A DNA stretch of 64,000 nt from contig OZ024758.1 of assembly GCA_964016885.1 (NCBI GenBank), positions 34,038,001 through 34,102,000 of the forward strand. The letters run 5' to 3'. The DNA comes from Eledone cirrhosa (lineage: Eukaryota). Below, in pieces: positions 26,237-41,474 of the stretch. Position 1 is the stretch's first letter. Each line of letters opens with the position of its first letter. Made by a program: the position numbers and the translations under genes. The notes under the pieces are model-generated. The model was not told where the DNA came from, searched no databases, and worked only from the letters and a program-made list of their open reading frames with translations.

Positions 26237-29200
26237 ACTCCACTGTTGGTGAGAATTCATTTAAGTTCATGGTATTAGCTGTCAGAAGTAACTCCACTGT
26301 TGGTGAGAATTCATTAAGTTCATGGTACTAGTTGTCAGAAGTAACTCCACTGTTGGTAAGAATTCATTTTAGTTCATGGTATTAGTTGTCAGAAGTAACT
26401 CCACTGTTGGTGAGAATTCATTTAAGTCATGGTATTAGTTGTCAGAAGTAACTCCAATGTTGGTGAGAATTCATTTAAGTTCATGGTACTAGCTGTCAGA
26501 AGTAACTCCACTGTTGGTGAGAATTCATTTAAGTTCATGGTATTAGCTGTCAGAAGTAACTCCACTGTTGGTGAGAATTCATTTAAGTCATGGTATTAGC
26601 TGTCAGAAGTAACTCCATTGTTGGTGAGAATTCATTTAAGTCATGGTACTAGCTGTCAGAAGTAACTCCACTGTTGGTGAGAATTCATTTAAGTTCATGG
26701 TACTAGCTGTCAGAAGTAACTCCACTGTTGGTGAGAATTCATTTAAGTTCATGGTACTAGCTGTCAGAAGTAACTCCACTGTTGGTGAGAATTCATTTAA
26801 GTTCATGGTACTAGCTGTCAGAAGTAACTCCAATGTTGGTGAGAATTCATTTAAGTTCATGGTATTAGCTGTCAGAAGTAACTCCACTGTTGGTGAGAAT
26901 TCATTTAAGTTCATGGTACTAGCTGTCAGAAGTAACTCCACTGTTGGTGAGAATTCATTTAAGTTCATGGTATTAGCTGTCAGAAGTCACTCCAATGTTG
27001 GTGAGAATTCATTTAAGTCATGGTATTAGTTGTCAGAAGTAACTCCAATGTTGGTGAGAATTCATTTAAGTTCATGGTACTAGCTGTCAGAAGTAACTCC
27101 ACTGTTGGTGAGAATTCATTTAAGTTCATGGTATTAGCTGTCAGAAGTAACTCCACTGTTGGTGAGAATTCATTTAAGTTCATGGTACTAGCTGTCAGAA
27201 GTAACTCCAATGTTGGTGAGAATTCATTTAAGTTCATGGTATTAGCTGTCAGAAGTAACTCCACTGTTGGTCAGAATTCATTTAAGTTCATGGTACTAGC
27301 TGTCAGAAGTAACTCCACTGTTGGTGAGAATTCATTTAAGTTCATGGTATTAGCTGTCAGAAGTCACTCCAATGTTGGTGAGAATTCATTTAAGTTCATG
27401 GTATTAGCTGTCAGAAGTCACTCCACTGTTGGTGAGAATTCATTTAAGTTCATGGTATTAGCTGTCAGAAGTAACTCCACTGTTGGTGAGAATTCATTAA
27501 GTTCATGGTACTAGTTGTCAGAAGTAACTCCACTGTTGGTAAGAATTCATTTTAGTTCATGGTATTAGTTGTCAGAAGTAATTCCACTGTTGGTGAGAAT
27601 TCATTTAAGTCATGGTATTAGTTGTCAGAAGTAACTCCAATGTTGGTGAGAATTCATTTAAGTTCATGGTACTAGCTGTGAGAAGTAACTCCACTGTTGG
27701 TGAGAATTCATTTAAGTTCATGGTATTAGCTGTCAGAAGTAACTCCACTGTTGGTGAGAATTCATTTAAGTCATGGTATTAGCTGTCAGAAGTAACTCCA
27801 TTGTTGGTGAGAATTCATTTAAGTCATGGTACTAGCTGTCAGAAGTAACTCCACTGTTGGTGAGAATTCATTTAAGTTCATGGTATTAGCTGTCAGAAGG
27901 AACGCCACTGTTGGTGAGAATTCATTTAAGTTCATGGTATTAGCTGTCAGAAGTAACTCCACTGTTGGTGAGAATTCATTTAAGTTCATGGTACTAGCTG
28001 TCAGAAGTAACTCCACTGTTGGTGAGAATTCATTTAAGTTCATGGTATTAGCTGTCAGAAGTAACTCCACTGTTGGTGAGAATTCATTTAAGTTCATGGT
28101 ACTAGCTGTCAGAAGTAACTCCATTGTTGGTGAGAATTCATTTAAGTCATGGTACTAGCTGTCACAAGTAACTCCCCTGTTGGTGAGAATTCATTTAAAT
28201 TCATGGTACTAGCTGTCAGAAGTAACTCCACTGTTGGTGAGAATTCATTTAAGTTCATGGTACTAGCTGTCAGAAGTAACTCCACTGTTGGTGAGAATTC
28301 ATTTAAGTTCATGGTACTAGCTGTCAGAAGTAACTCCACTGTTGGTGAGAATTCATTTAAGTTCATGGTATTAGTTTGTCAGAAGTAACTCCACTGTTGG
28401 TGAGAATTCATTTAGGTCATGGTATTAGTTGTCAGAAGTAACTCCAATGTTGGTGAGAATTCATGTAAGTCATGGTACTAGCTGTCAGAAGTAACTCCAC
28501 TGTTGGTGAGAATTCATTTAAGTTCATGGTATTAGCTGTCAGAAGGAACGCCACTGTTGGTGAGAATTCATTTAAGTTCATGGTATTAGCTGTCAGAAGT
28601 AACTCCACTGTTGGTGAGAATTCATTTAAGTTAATGGTACTAGCTGTTAGAAGTAACTCCAATGTTGGTGAGAATTCATTTAAGTTCATGGTATTAGCTG
28701 TCAGAAGTAACTCCACTGTTGGTGAGAATTCATTTAAGTTCACGGTACTAGCTGTCAGAAGTAACTCCACTGTTGGTGAGAATTCATTTAAGTTCATGGT
28801 ACTAGCTGTCAGAAGTAACTCCACTGTTGGTGAGAATTCATTTAAGTTCATGGTACTAGCTGTCAGAAGTAACTCCAATGTTGGTGAGAATTCATTTAAG
28901 TTCATGGTATTAGCTGTCAGAAGTAACTCCACTGTTGGTGAGAATTCATTTAAGTTCATGGTACTAGCTGTCAGAAGTAACTCCACTGTTGGTGAGAATT
29001 CATTTAAGTTAATGGTACTAGCTGTTAGAAGTAACTCCAATGTTGGTGAGAATTCATTTAAGTTCATGGTATTAGCTGTCAGAAGTAACTCCACTGTTGG
29101 TGAGAATTCATTTAAGTTCATGGTACTAGCTGTCAGAAGTAACTCCACTGTTGGTGAGAATTCATTTAAGTTCATGGTATTAGCTGTCAGAAGTAACTCC

Positions 29201-32197
29201 ACTGTTGGTGAGAATTCATTTAAGTTCATGGTACTAGCTGTCAGAAGTAACTCCAATGTTGGTGAGAATTCATTTAAGTTCATGGTATTAGCTGTCAGAA
29301 GTAACTCCACTGTTGGTGAGAATTCATTTAAGTTCATGGTACTAGCTGTCAGAAGTAACTCCACTGTTGGTGAGAATTCATTTAAGTTCATGGTATTAGC
29401 TGTCAGAAGTCACTCCAATGTTGGTGAGAATTCATTTAAGTTCATGGTATTAGCTGTCAGAAGTCACTCCACTGTTGGTGAGAATTCATTTAAGTTCATG
29501 GTATTAGCTGTCAGAAGTAACTCCACTGTTGGTGAGAATTCATTAAGTTCATGGTACTAGTTGTCAGAAGTAACTCCACTGTTGGTAAGAATTCATTTTA
29601 GTTCATGGTATTAGTTGTCAGAAGTAACTCCACTGTTGGTGAGAATTCATTTAAGTCATGGTATTAGTTGTCAGAAGTAACTCCAATGTTGGTGAGAATT
29701 CATTTAAGTTCATGGTACTAGCTGTCAGAAGTAACTCCACTGTTGGTGAGAATTCATTTAAGTTCATGGTATTAGCTGTCAGAAGTAACTCCACTGTTGG
29801 TGAGAATTCATTTAAGTCATGGTATTAGCTGTCAGAAGTAACTCCATTGTTGGTGAGAATTCATTTAAGTCATGGTACTAGCTGTCAGAAGTAACTCCAC
29901 TGTTGGTGAGAATTCATTTAAGTTCATGGTACTAGCTGTCAGAAGTAACTCCACTGTTGGTGAGAATTCATTTAAGTTCATGGTACTAGCTGTCAGAAGT
30001 AACTCCACTGTTGGTGAGAATTCATTTAAGTTCATGGTACTAGCTGTCAGAAGTAACTCCAATGTTGGTGAGAATTCATTTAAGTTCATGGTATTAGCTG
30101 TCAGAAGTAACTCCACTGTTGGTGAGAATTCATTTAAGTTCATGGTACTAGCTGTCAGAAGTAACTCCACTGTTGGTGAGAATTCATTTAAGTTCATGGT
30201 ATTAGCTGTCAGAAGTCACTCCAATGTTGGTGAGAATTCATTTAAGTCATGGTATTAGTTGTCAGAAGTAACTCCAATGTTGGTGAGAATTCATTTAAGT
30301 TCATGGTACTAGCTGTCAGAAGTAACTCCACTGTTGGTGAGAATTCATTTAAGTTCATGGTATTAGCTGTCAGAAGTAACTCCACTGTTGGTGAGAATTC
30401 ATTTAAGTTCATGGTACTAGCTGTCAGAAGTAACTCCAATGTTGGTGAGAATTCATTTAAGTTCATGGTATTAGCTGTCAGAAGTAACTCCACTGTTGGT
30501 CAGAATTCATTTAAGTTCATGGTACTAGCTGTCAGAAGTAACTCCACTGTTGGTGAGAATTCATTTAAGTTCATGGTATTAGCTGTCAGAAGTCACTCCA
30601 ATGTTGGTGAGAATTCATTTAAGTTCATGGTATTAGCTGTCAGAAGTCACTCCACTGTTGGTGAGAATTCATTTAAGTTCATGGTATTAGCTGTCAGAAG
30701 TAACTCCACTGTTGGTGAGAATTCATTAAGTTCATGGTACTAGTTGTCAGAAGTAACTCCACTGTTGGTAAGAATTCATTTTAGTTCATGGTATTAGTTG
30801 TCAGAAGTAATTCCACTGTTGGTGAGAATTTATTTAAGTCATGGTATTAGTTGTCAGAAGTAACTCCAATGTTGGTGAGAATTCATTTAAGTTCATGGTA
30901 CTAGCTGTGAGAAGTAACTCCACTGTTGGTGAGAATTCATTTAAGTTCATGGTATTAGCTGTCAGAAGTAACTCCACTGTTGGTGAGAATTCATTTAAGT
31001 CATGGTATTAGCTGTCAGAAGTAACTCCATTGTTGGTGAGAATTCATTTAAGTCATGGTACTAGCTGTCAGAAGTAACTCCACTGTTGGTGAGAATTCAT
31101 TTAAGTTCATGGTATTAGCTGTCAGAAGGAACGCCACTGTTGGTGAGAATTCATTTAAGTTCATGGTATTAGCTGTCAGAAGTAACTCCACTGTTGGTGA
31201 GAATTCATTTAAGTTCATGGTACTAGCTGTCAGAAGTAACTCCACTGTTGGTGAGAATTCATTTAAGTTCATGGTATTAGCTGTCAGAAGTAACTCCACT
31301 GTTGGTGAGAATTCATTTAAGTTCATGGTACTAGCTGTCAGAAGTAACTCCATTGTTGGTGAGAATTCATTTAAGTCATGGTACTAGCTGTCACAAGTAA
31401 CTCCCCTGTTGGTGAGAATTCATTTAAATTCATGGTACTAGCTGTCAGAAGTAACTCCACTGTTGGTGAGAATTCATTTAAGTTCATGGTACTAGCTGTC
31501 AGAAGTAACTCCACTGTTGGTGAGAATTCATTTAAGTTCATGGTACTAGCTGTCAGAAGTAACTCCACTGTTGGTGAGAATTCATTTAAGTTCATGGTAT
31601 TAGTTTGTCAGAAGTAACTCCACTGTTGGTGAGAATTCATTTAGGTCATGGTATTAGTTGTCAGAAGTAACTCCAATGTTGGTGAGAATTCATGTAAGTC
31701 ATGGTACTAGCTGTCAGAAGTAACTCCACTGTTGGTGAGAATTCATTTAAGTTCATGGTATTAGCTGTCAGAAGGAACGCCACTGTTGGTGAGAATTCAT
31801 TTAAGTTCATGGTATTAGCTGTCAGAAGTAACTCCACTGTTGGTGAGAATTCATTTAAGTTAATGGTACTAGCTGTTAGAAGTAACTCCAATGTTGGTGA
31901 GAATTCATTTAAGTTCATGGTATTAGCTGTCAGAAGTAACTCCACTGTTGGTGAGAATTCATTTAAGTTCACGGTACTAGCTGTCAGAAGTAACTCCACT
32001 GTTGGTGAGAATTCATTTAAGTTCATGGTACTAGCTGTCAGAAGTAACTCCACTGTTGGTGAGAATTCATTTAAGTTCATGGTACTAGCTGTCAGAAGTA
32101 ACTCCAATGTTGGTGAGAATTCATTTAAGTTCATGGTATTAGCTGTCAGAAGTAACTCCACTGTTGGTGAGAATTCATTTAAGTTCATGGTACTAGC
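25740..32197 (+). repeat. Tandem duplication, period 3,229 bp (60 monomers); most of a third copy is present at about 41.5-44.4 kb through the 12-kb duplication
   Basis: ORF pairs 26636/29865, 27819/31048 and 28142/31371. Shared rare variants are GTAATTCC 27582/30811, GTCACAAG ~28165/31394, TTAGGTC ~28415/31644 and CATGTAAG ~28465/31694. Confidence 0.9.
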
Positions 32198-35100
32198 TGT
32201 CAGAAGTAACTCCACTGTTGGTGAGAATTCATTTAAGTTCATGGTATTAGCTGTCAGAAGTCACTCCAATGTTGGTGAGAATTCATTTAAGTTCATGGTA
32301 TTAGGTGTCAGAAGTCACTCCACTGTTGGTGAGAATTCATTTAAGTTCATGGTATTAGCTGTCAGAAGTAACTCCACTGTTGGTGAGAATTCATTTAAGT
32401 TCATGGTACTAGTTGTCAGAAGTAACTCCACTGTTGGTAAGAATTCATTTTAGTTCATGGTATTAGTTGTCAGAAGTAACTCCACTGTTGGTGAGAATTC
32501 ATTTAAGTCATGGTATTAGTTGTCAGAAGTAACTCCAATGTTGGTGAGAATTCATTTAAGTTCATGGTACTAGCTGTCAGAAGTAACTCCACTGTTGGTG
32601 AGAATTCATTTAAGTTCATGGTATTAGCTGTCAGAAGTAACTCCACTGTTGGTGAGAATTCATTTAAGTCATGGTATTAGCTGTCAGAAGTAACTCCATT
32701 GTTGGTGAGAATTCATTTAAGTTCATGGTATTAGCTGTCAGAAGTAACTCCACTGTTGGTGAGAATTCATTTAAGTCATGGTATTAGCTGTCAGAAGTAA
32801 CTCCATTGTTGGTGAGAATTCATTTAAGTCATGGTACTAGCTTTCAGAAGTAACTCCCCTGTTGGTGAGAATTCATTTAAGTTCATGGTACTAGCTGTCA
32901 GAAGTAACTCCACTGTTGGTGAGAATTCATTTAAGTTCATGGTACTAGCTGTCAGAAGTAACTCCACTGTTGGTGAGAATTCATTTAAGTTCATGGTATT
33001 AGTTTGTCAGAAGTAACTCCACTGTTGGTGAGAATTCATTTAAGTCATGGTATTAGTTGTCAGAAGTAACTCCAATGTTGGTGAGAATTCATTTAAGTCA
33101 TGGTACTAGCTGTCAGAAGTAACTCCAATGTTGGTGAGAATTCATTTAAGTTCATGGTATTAGCTCTCAGAAGTAACTCCACTGTTGGTGAGAATTCATT
33201 TAAGTTCATGGTATTAGCTGTCAGAAGTAACTCCACTGTTGGTGAGAATTCATTTAAGTTCATGGTATTAGCTGTCAGAAGTAACTCCACTGTTGGTGAG
33301 AATTCATTTAAGTTCATGGTATTAGCTGTCAGAAGGAACTCCAATGTTGGTGAGAATTCATTTAAGTCATGGTACTAGCTGTCAGAAGTAACTCCACTGT
33401 TGGTGAGAATTCATTTAAGTTCATGGTATTAGCTGTCAGAAGGAACGCCACTGTTGGTGAGAATTCATTTAAGTTCATGGTATTAGCTGTCAGAAGTAAC
33501 TCCACTGTTGGTGAGAATTCATTTAAGTTCATGGTACTAGCTGTTAGAAGTAACTCCAATGTTGGTGAGAATTCATTTAAGTTCATGGTATTAGCTGTCA
33601 GAAGTAACTCCACTGTTGGTGAGAATTCATTTAAGTTCATGGTACTAGCTGTCAGAAGTAACTCCACTGTTGGTGAGAATTCATTTAAGTTCATGGTACT
33701 AGCTGTCAGAAGTAACTCCACTGTTGGTGAGAATTCATTTAAGTTCATGGTACTAGCTGTCAGAAGTAACTCCAATGTTGGTGAGAATTCATTTAAGTTC
33801 ATGTTATTAGCTGTCAGAAGTAACTCCAGTGTTGGTGAGAATTCATTTAAGTTCATGGTAGTAGCTGTCAGAAGTAACTCCACTGTTGGTGAGAATTCAT
33901 TTAAGTTCATGGTATTAGCTGTCAGAAGTCACTCCAATGTTGGTGAGAATTCATTTAAGTTCATGGTATTAGCTGTCAGAAGTCACTCCACTGTTGGTGA
34001 GAATTCATTTAAGTTCATGGTACTAGCTGTCAGAAGTAACCCCAATGTTGGTGAAAATTCATTTAAGTTCATGGTATTAGCTGTCAGAAGTCACTCCAAT
34101 GTTGGTGAGAATTCATTTAAGTTCGTGGTATTAGCTGTCAGAAGTAACTCCACTGTTGGTGAGAATTCATTTAAGTTCATGGTATTAGCTGTCAGAAGTA
34201 ACTCCACTGTTGGTGAGAATTCATTTAAGTTCATGGTATTAGCTGTCAGAAGTAACTCCAGTGTTGGTGAGAATTCATTTAAGTTCATGGTATTAGCTGT
34301 CAGAAGTAACTCCACTGTTGGTGAGAATTCATTTAAGTTCATGGTACTAGCTGTCAGAAGTAACTCCACTGTTGGTGAGAATTCATTTAAGTTCATGGTA
34401 TTAGCTGTCAGAAGTAACTCCAATGTTGGTGAGAGTTCATTTAAGTTCATGGTATTAGCTGTCAGAAGTAACTCCACTGTTGGTGAGAATTCATTTAAGT
34501 CATGGTATTAGTTGTCAGAAGTAACTCCAATGTTGGTGAGAATTCATTTAAGTTCATGGTATTAGCTGTCAGAAGTAACTCCACTGTTGGTGAGAATTCA
34601 TTTAAGTTCATGGTATTAGCTGTCAGAAGTAACCCCACTGTTGGTGAGAATTCATTTAAGTCATGGTATTAGCTGTCAGAAGTAACTCCATTGTTGGTGA
34701 GAATTCATTTAAGTCATGGTACTAGCTGTCAGAAGTAACTCCCCTGTTGGTGAGAATTCATTTAAGTTCATGGTACTAGCTGTCAGAAGTAACTCCACTG
34801 TTGGTGAGAATTCATTTAAGTTCATGGTACTAGCTGTCAGAAGTAACTCCACTGTTGGTGAGAATTCATTTAAGTTCATGGTACTAGCTGTCAGAAGTAA
34901 CTCCACTGTTGGTGAGAATTCATTTAAGTTCATGGTATTAGTTTGTCAGAAGTAACTCCACTGTTGGTGAGAATTCATTTAAGTCATGGTATTAGTTGTC
35001 AGAAGTAACTCCAATGTTGGTGAGAATTCATTTAAGTCATGGTACTAGCTGTCAGAAGTAACTCCAATGTTGGTGAGAATTCATTTAAGTTCATGGTATT

Positions 35101-38100
35101 AGCTCTCAGAAGTAACTCCACTGTTGGTGAGAATTCATTTAAGTTCATGGTATTAGCTGTCAGAAGTAACTCCACTGTTGGTGAGAATTCATTTAAGTTC
35201 ATGGTATTAGCTGTCAGAAGTAACTCCACTGTTGGTGAGAATTCATTGAAGTTCATGGTACTAGCTGTTAGAAGTAACTCCAATGTTGGTGAGAATTCAT
35301 TTAAGTTAATGGTATTAGCTGTCAGAAGTAACTCCACTGTTGGTGAGAATTCATTTAAGTTCATGGTACTAGCTGTCAGAAGTAACTCCACTGTTGGTGA
35401 GAATTCATTTAAGTTCATGGTACTAGCTGTCAGAAGTAACTCCACTGTTGGTGAGAATTCATTTAAGTTCATGGTACTAGCTGTCAGAAGTAACTCCAAT
35501 GTTGGTGAGAATTCATTTAAGTTCATGGTATTAGCTGTCAGAAGTAACTCCACTGTTGGTGAGAATTCATTTAAGTTCATGGTACTAGCTGTCAGAAGTA
35601 ACTCCACTGTTGGTGAGAATTCATTTAAGTTCATGGTATTAGCTGTCAGAAGTCACTCCAATGTTGGTGAGAATTCATTTAAGTTCATGGTATTAGCTGT
35701 CAGAAGTCACTCCACTGTTGGTGAGAATTCATTTAAGTTCATGGTATTAGCTGTCAGAAGTCACTCCACTGTTGGTGAGAATTCATTTAAGTTCATGGTA
35801 CTAGCTGTCAGAAGTAACCCCAATGTTGGTGAGAATTCATTTAAGTTCATGGTATTAGCTGTCAGAAGTCACTCCAATGTTGGTGAGAATTCATTTAAGT
35901 TCGTGGTATTAGCTGTCAGAAGTAACTCTACTGTTGGTGAGAATTCATTTAAGTTCATGGTATTAGCTGTCAGAAGTAACTCCACTGTTGGTGAGAATTC
36001 ATTTAAGTTCATGGTATTAGCTGTCAGAAGTAACTCCACTGTTGGTGAGAATTCATTTAAGTTCATGGTATTAGCTGTCAGAAGGAACTCCAATGTTGGT
36101 GAGAATTCATTTAAGTCATGGTACTAGCTGTCAGAAGTAACTCCACTGTTGGTGAGAATTCATTTAAGTTCATGGTATTAGCTGTCAGAAGTAACTCCAC
36201 TGTTGGTGAGAATTCATTTAAGTTCATGGTACTAGCTGTCAGAAGTAACTCCACTGTTGGTGAGAATTCATTTAAGTTCATGGGATTAGCTGTCAGAAGT
36301 AACTCCACTGTTGGTGAGAATTCATTTAAGTTCATGGTATTAGCTGTCAGAAGTAACTCCACTGTTGGTGAGAATTCATTTAAGTTCATGGTACTAGCTG
36401 TCAGAAGTAACTCCACTGTTGGTGAGAATTCATTTAAGTTCATGGTATTAGTTTGTCAGAAGTAACTCCACTGTTGGTGAGAATTCATTTAAGTCATGGT
36501 ATTAGCTGTCAGAAGTAACTCCACTGTTGGTGAGAATTCATTTAAGTTCATGGTATTAGCTGTCAGAAGTAACTCCACTGTTGGTGAGAATTCATTTCAG
36601 TCATGGTATTAGCTGTCAGAAGTAACTCCATTGTTGGTGAGAATTCATTTAAGTCATGGTACTAGCTGTCAGAAGTAACTCCCCTGTTGGTGAGAATTCA
36701 TTTAAGTTCATGGTACTAGCTGTCAGAAGTAACTCCACTGTTGGTGAGAATTCATTTAAGTTCATGGTACTAGCTGTCAGAAGTAACTCCACTGTTGGTG
36801 AGAATTCATTTAAGTTCATGGTACTAGCTGTCAGAAGTAACTCCACTGTTGCTGAGAATTCATTTAAGTTCATGGTATTAGCTGTCAGAAGTAACTCCAC
36901 TGTTGGTGAGAATTCATTTAAGTCATGGTATTAGTTGTCAGAAGTAACTCCAATGTTGGTGAGAATTCATTTAAGTTCATGGTACTAGCTGTCAGAAGTA
37001 ACTCCACTGTTGGTGAGAATTCATTTAAGTTCATGGTATTAGCTGTCAGAAGGAACTCCACTGTTGGTGAGAATTCATTTAAGTCATGGTATTAGCTGTC
37101 AGAAGTAACTCCATTGTTGGTGAGAATTCATTTAAGTCATGGTACTAGCTGTCAGAAGTAACTCCAATGTTGGTGAGAATTCATTTAAGTTCATGGTATT
37201 AGCTGTCAGAAGTAACTCCACTGTTGGTGAGAATTCATTTAAGTTCATGGTATTAGCTGTCAGAAGTAACTCCACTGTTGGTGAGAATTCATTTAAGTTC
37301 ATGGTAGTAGCTGTCAGAAGTAACTCCACTGTTGGTGAGAATTCATTTAAGTTCATGGTATTAGCTGTCAGAAGTAACTCCAATGTTGGTGAGAGTTCAT
37401 TTAAGTTCATGGTATTAGCTGTCAGAAGTAACTCCACTGTTGGTGAGAATTCATTTAAGTTCATGGTATTAGCTGTCAGAAGTAACTCCACTGTTGGTGA
37501 GAATTCATTTAAGTTCATGGTACTAGCTGTCAGAAGTAACTCCACTGTTGGTGAGAGTTCATTTTAGTTCATGGTATTAGTTGTCAGAAGTAACTCCACT
37601 GTTGGTGAGAATTCATTTAAGTCATGGTATTAGTTGTCAGAAGTAACACCAATGTTGGTGAGAATTCATTTAAGTTCATGGTACTAGCTGTCAGAAGTAA
37701 CTCCACTGTTGGTGAGAATTCATTTAAGTTCATGGTATTAGCTGTCAGAAGTAACTCCACTGTTGGTGAGAATTCATTTAAGTCATGGTACTAGCTGTCA
37801 GAAGTAACTCCAATGTTGGTGAGAATTCATTTAAGTTCATGGTATTAGCTGTCAGAAGTAACTCCACTGTTGGTGAGAATTCATTTAAGTCATGGTATTA
37901 GTTGTCAGAAGTAACACCAATGTTGGTGAGAATTCATTTAAGTTCATGGTACTAGCTGTCAGAAGTAACTCCACTGTTGGTGAGAATTCATTTAAGTTCA
38001 TGGTATTAGCTGTCAGAAATAACTCCAATGTTGGTGAGAATTCATTTAAGTTCATGGTATTAGCTGTCAGAAGTAACTCCACTGTTGGTGAGAGTTCATT

Positions 38101-41100
38101 TAAGTTCATGGTATTAGCTGTCAGAAGTAACTCCACTGTTGGTGAGAATTCATTTAAGTTCATGGTACTAGCTGTCAGAAGTAACTCCACTGTTGGTGAG
38201 AATTCATTTAAGTTCATGGTATTAGTTTGTCAGAAGTAACTCCACTGTTGGTGAGAATTCATTTAAGTCATGGTATTAGTTGTCAGAAGTAACTCCAATG
38301 TTGGTGAGAATTCATTTAATTCATGGTACTAGCTGTCAGAAGTAACTCCAATGTTGGTGAGAATTCATTTAAGTTCATGGTATTAGCTGTCAGAAGTAAC
38401 TCCACTGTTGGTGAGAATTCATTTAAGTTCATGGTATTAGCTGTCAGAAGTAACTCCACTGTTGGTGAGAATTCATTTAAGTTCATGGTACTAGCTGTCA
38501 GAAGTAACTCCACTGTTGGTGAGAATTCATTTAAGTTCATGGTATTAGCTGTCAGAAGTAACTCCAATGTTGGTGAGAATTCATTTAAGTTCATGGTATT
38601 AGCTGTCAGAAGTAACTCCACTGTTGGTGAGAATTCATTTAAGTTCATGGTATTAGCTGTCAGAAGTAACTCCAATGTTGGTGAGAATTCATTTAAGTTC
38701 ATGGTATTAGCTGTCAGAAGTAACTCCACTGTTGGTGAGAATTCATTTAAGTTCATGGTACTAGCTGTCAGAAGTAACTCCACTGTTGGTGAGAATTCAT
38801 TTAAGTTCATGGTATTAGTTTGTCAGAAGTAACTCCACTGTTGGTGAGAATTCATTTAAGTCATGGTATTAGTTGTCAGAAGTAACTCCAATGTTGGTGA
38901 GAATTCATTTAAGTCATGGTACTAGCTGTCAGAAGTAACTCCAATGTTGGTGAGAATTCATTTAAGTTCATGGTATTAGCTGTCAGAAGTAACTCCACTG
39001 TTGGTGAGAATTCATTTAAGTTCATGGTATTAGCTGTCAGAAGTAACTCCACTGTTGGTGAGAATTCATTTAAGTTCATGGTATTAGCTGTCAGAAGTAA
39101 CTCCACTGTTGGTGAGAATTCATTTAAGTTCATGGTATTAGCTGTCAGAAGGAACTCCAATGTTGGTGAGAATTCATTTAAGTCATGGTACTAGCTGTCA
39201 GAAGTAACTCCACTGTTGGTGAGAATTCATTTAAGTTCATGGTATTAGCTGTCAGAAGGAACGCCACTGTTGGTGAGAATTCATTTAAGTTCATGGTATT
39301 AGCTGTCAGAAGTAACTCCACTGTTGGTGAGAATTCATTTAAGTTCATGGTACTAGCTGTCAGAAGTAACTCCACTGTTGGTGAGAATTCATTTAAGTTC
39401 ATGGTATTAGCTGTCAGAAGTAACTCCACTGTTGGTGAGAATTCATTTAAGTTCATGGTACTAGCTGTCAGAAGTAACTCCACTGTTGTTGAGAATTCAT
39501 TTAAGTTCATGGTACTAGCTGTCAGAAGTAACTCCACTGTTGGTGAGAATTCATTTAAGTTCATGGTACTAGCTGTCAGAAGTAACTCCAATGTTGGTGA
39601 GAATTCATTTAAGTTCATGGTATTAGCTGTCAGAAGTAACTCCACTGTTGGTGAGAATTCATTTAAGTTCATGGTACTAGCTGTCAGAAGTAACTCCACT
39701 GTTGGTGAGAATTCATTTAAGTTCATGGTATTAGCTGTCAGAAGTCACTCCAATGTTGGTGAGAATTCATTTAAGTTCGTGGTATTAGCTGTCAGAAGTA
39801 ACTCCACTGTTGGTGAGAATTCATTTAAGTTAATGGTATTAGCTGTCAGAAGTAACTCCACTGTTGGTGAGAATTCATTTAAGTCATGGTATTAGTTGTC
39901 AGAAGTAACTCCAATGTTGGTGAGAATTCATTTAAGTCATGGTACTAGCTGTCAGAAGTAACTCCAATGTTGGTGAGAATTCATTTAAGTTCATGGTATT
40001 AGCTGTCAGAAGTAACTCCACTGTTGGTGAGAATTCATTTAAGTTCATGGTATTAGCTGTCAGAAGTAACTCCAATGTTGGTGAGAATTCATTTAAGTCA
40101 TGGTACTAGCTGTCAGAAGTAACTCCACTGTTGGTGAGAATTCATTTAAGTTCATGGTATTAGCTGTCAGAAGGAACGCCACTGTTGGTGAGAATTCATT
40201 TAAGTTCATGGTATTAGCTGTCAGAAGTAACTCCACTGTTGGTGAGAATTCATTTAAGTTCATGGTACTAGCTGTCAGAAGTAACTCCACTGTTGGTGAG
40301 AATTCATTTAAGTTCATGGTATTAGCTGTCAGAAGTAACTCCACTGTTGGTGAGAATTCATTTAAGTTCATGGTACTAGCTGTCAGAAGTAACTCCACTG
40401 TTGTTGAGAATTCATTTAAGTTCATGGTACTAGCTGTCAGAAGTAACTCCACTGTTGGTGAGAATTCATTTAAGTTCATGGTACTAGCTGTCAGAAGTAA
40501 CTCCAATGTTGGTGAGAATTCATTTAAGTTCATGGTATTAGCTGTCAGAAGTAACTCCACTGTTGGTGAGAATTCATTTAAGTTATATGGTATTAGCTGT
40601 CAGAAGTCACTCCAATGTTGGTGAGAATTCATTTAAGTTCATGGTATTAGCTGTCAGAAGTAACTCCACTGTTGGTGAGAATTCATTTAAGTTCATGGTA
40701 CTAGCTGTCAGAAGTAACTCCAATGTTGGTGAGAATTCATTTAAGTTCATGGTATTAGCTGTCAGAAGTAACTCCACTGTTGTTGAGAATTCATTTAAGT
40801 TCATGGTACTAGCTGTCAGAAGTAACTCCACTGTTGGTGAGAATTCATTTAAGTTCATGGTACTAGCTGTCAGAAGTAACTCCACTGTTGGTGAGAATTC
40901 ATTTAAGTTCATGGTATTAGCTGTCAGAAGTCACTCCAATGTTGGTGAGAATTCATTTAAGTTCGTGGTATTAGCTGTCAGAAGTAACTCCACTGTTGGT
41001 GAGAATTCATTTAAGTTAATGGTATTAGCTGTCAGAAGTAACTCCACTGTTGGTGAGAATTCATTTAAGTTCATGGTATTAGCTGTCAGAAGTAACTCCA

Positions 41101-41474
41101 CAGTTGGTGAGAATTCATTTAAGTTCATGGTATTAGCTGTCAGAAGGAACTCCAATGTTGGTGAGAATTCATTTAAGTCATGGTACAAGCTGTCAGAAGT
41201 AACTCCACTGTTGGTGAGAATTCATTTAAGTTCATGGTACTAGCTGTCAGAAGTAACTCCAATGTTGGTGAGAATTCATTTAAGTTCATGGTACTAGCTG
41301 TCAGAAGTAACTCCACTGTTGGTGAGAATTCATTTAAGTTCATGGTATTAGCTGTCAGAAGTCACTCCACTGTTGGTGAGAATTCATTTAAGTTCATGGT
41401 ATTAGCTGTCAGAAGTCACTCCACTGTTGGTGAGAATTCATTTAAGTTCATGGTACTAGCTGTCAGAAGTAACC
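29307..41474 (+). repeat. 12,168-bp tandem duplication, copy 1 (about 226 monomers)
   Basis: ORF-track entries from 29865 to 40931 reappear with identical translation at +12,168 (29865/42033, 33369/45537, 40563/52731). Rare variants are shared at that offset: GAATTTATT 30831/42999, GCTTTCAG ~32842/45010, CATTGAAG ~35248/47416, AGAAATAAC ~38018/50186, AAGTTATATGG ~40585/52753, CCACAGTT ~41102/53270. Confidence 0.95.
39178..40580 (+). repeat. Local duplication, offset 915 bp (17 monomers), repeated again at 51.3-52.7 kb
   Basis: ORF pairs 39178/40093 and 39185/40100. TGTTGTTGAG is shared at ~39489/40404. Confidence 0.75.
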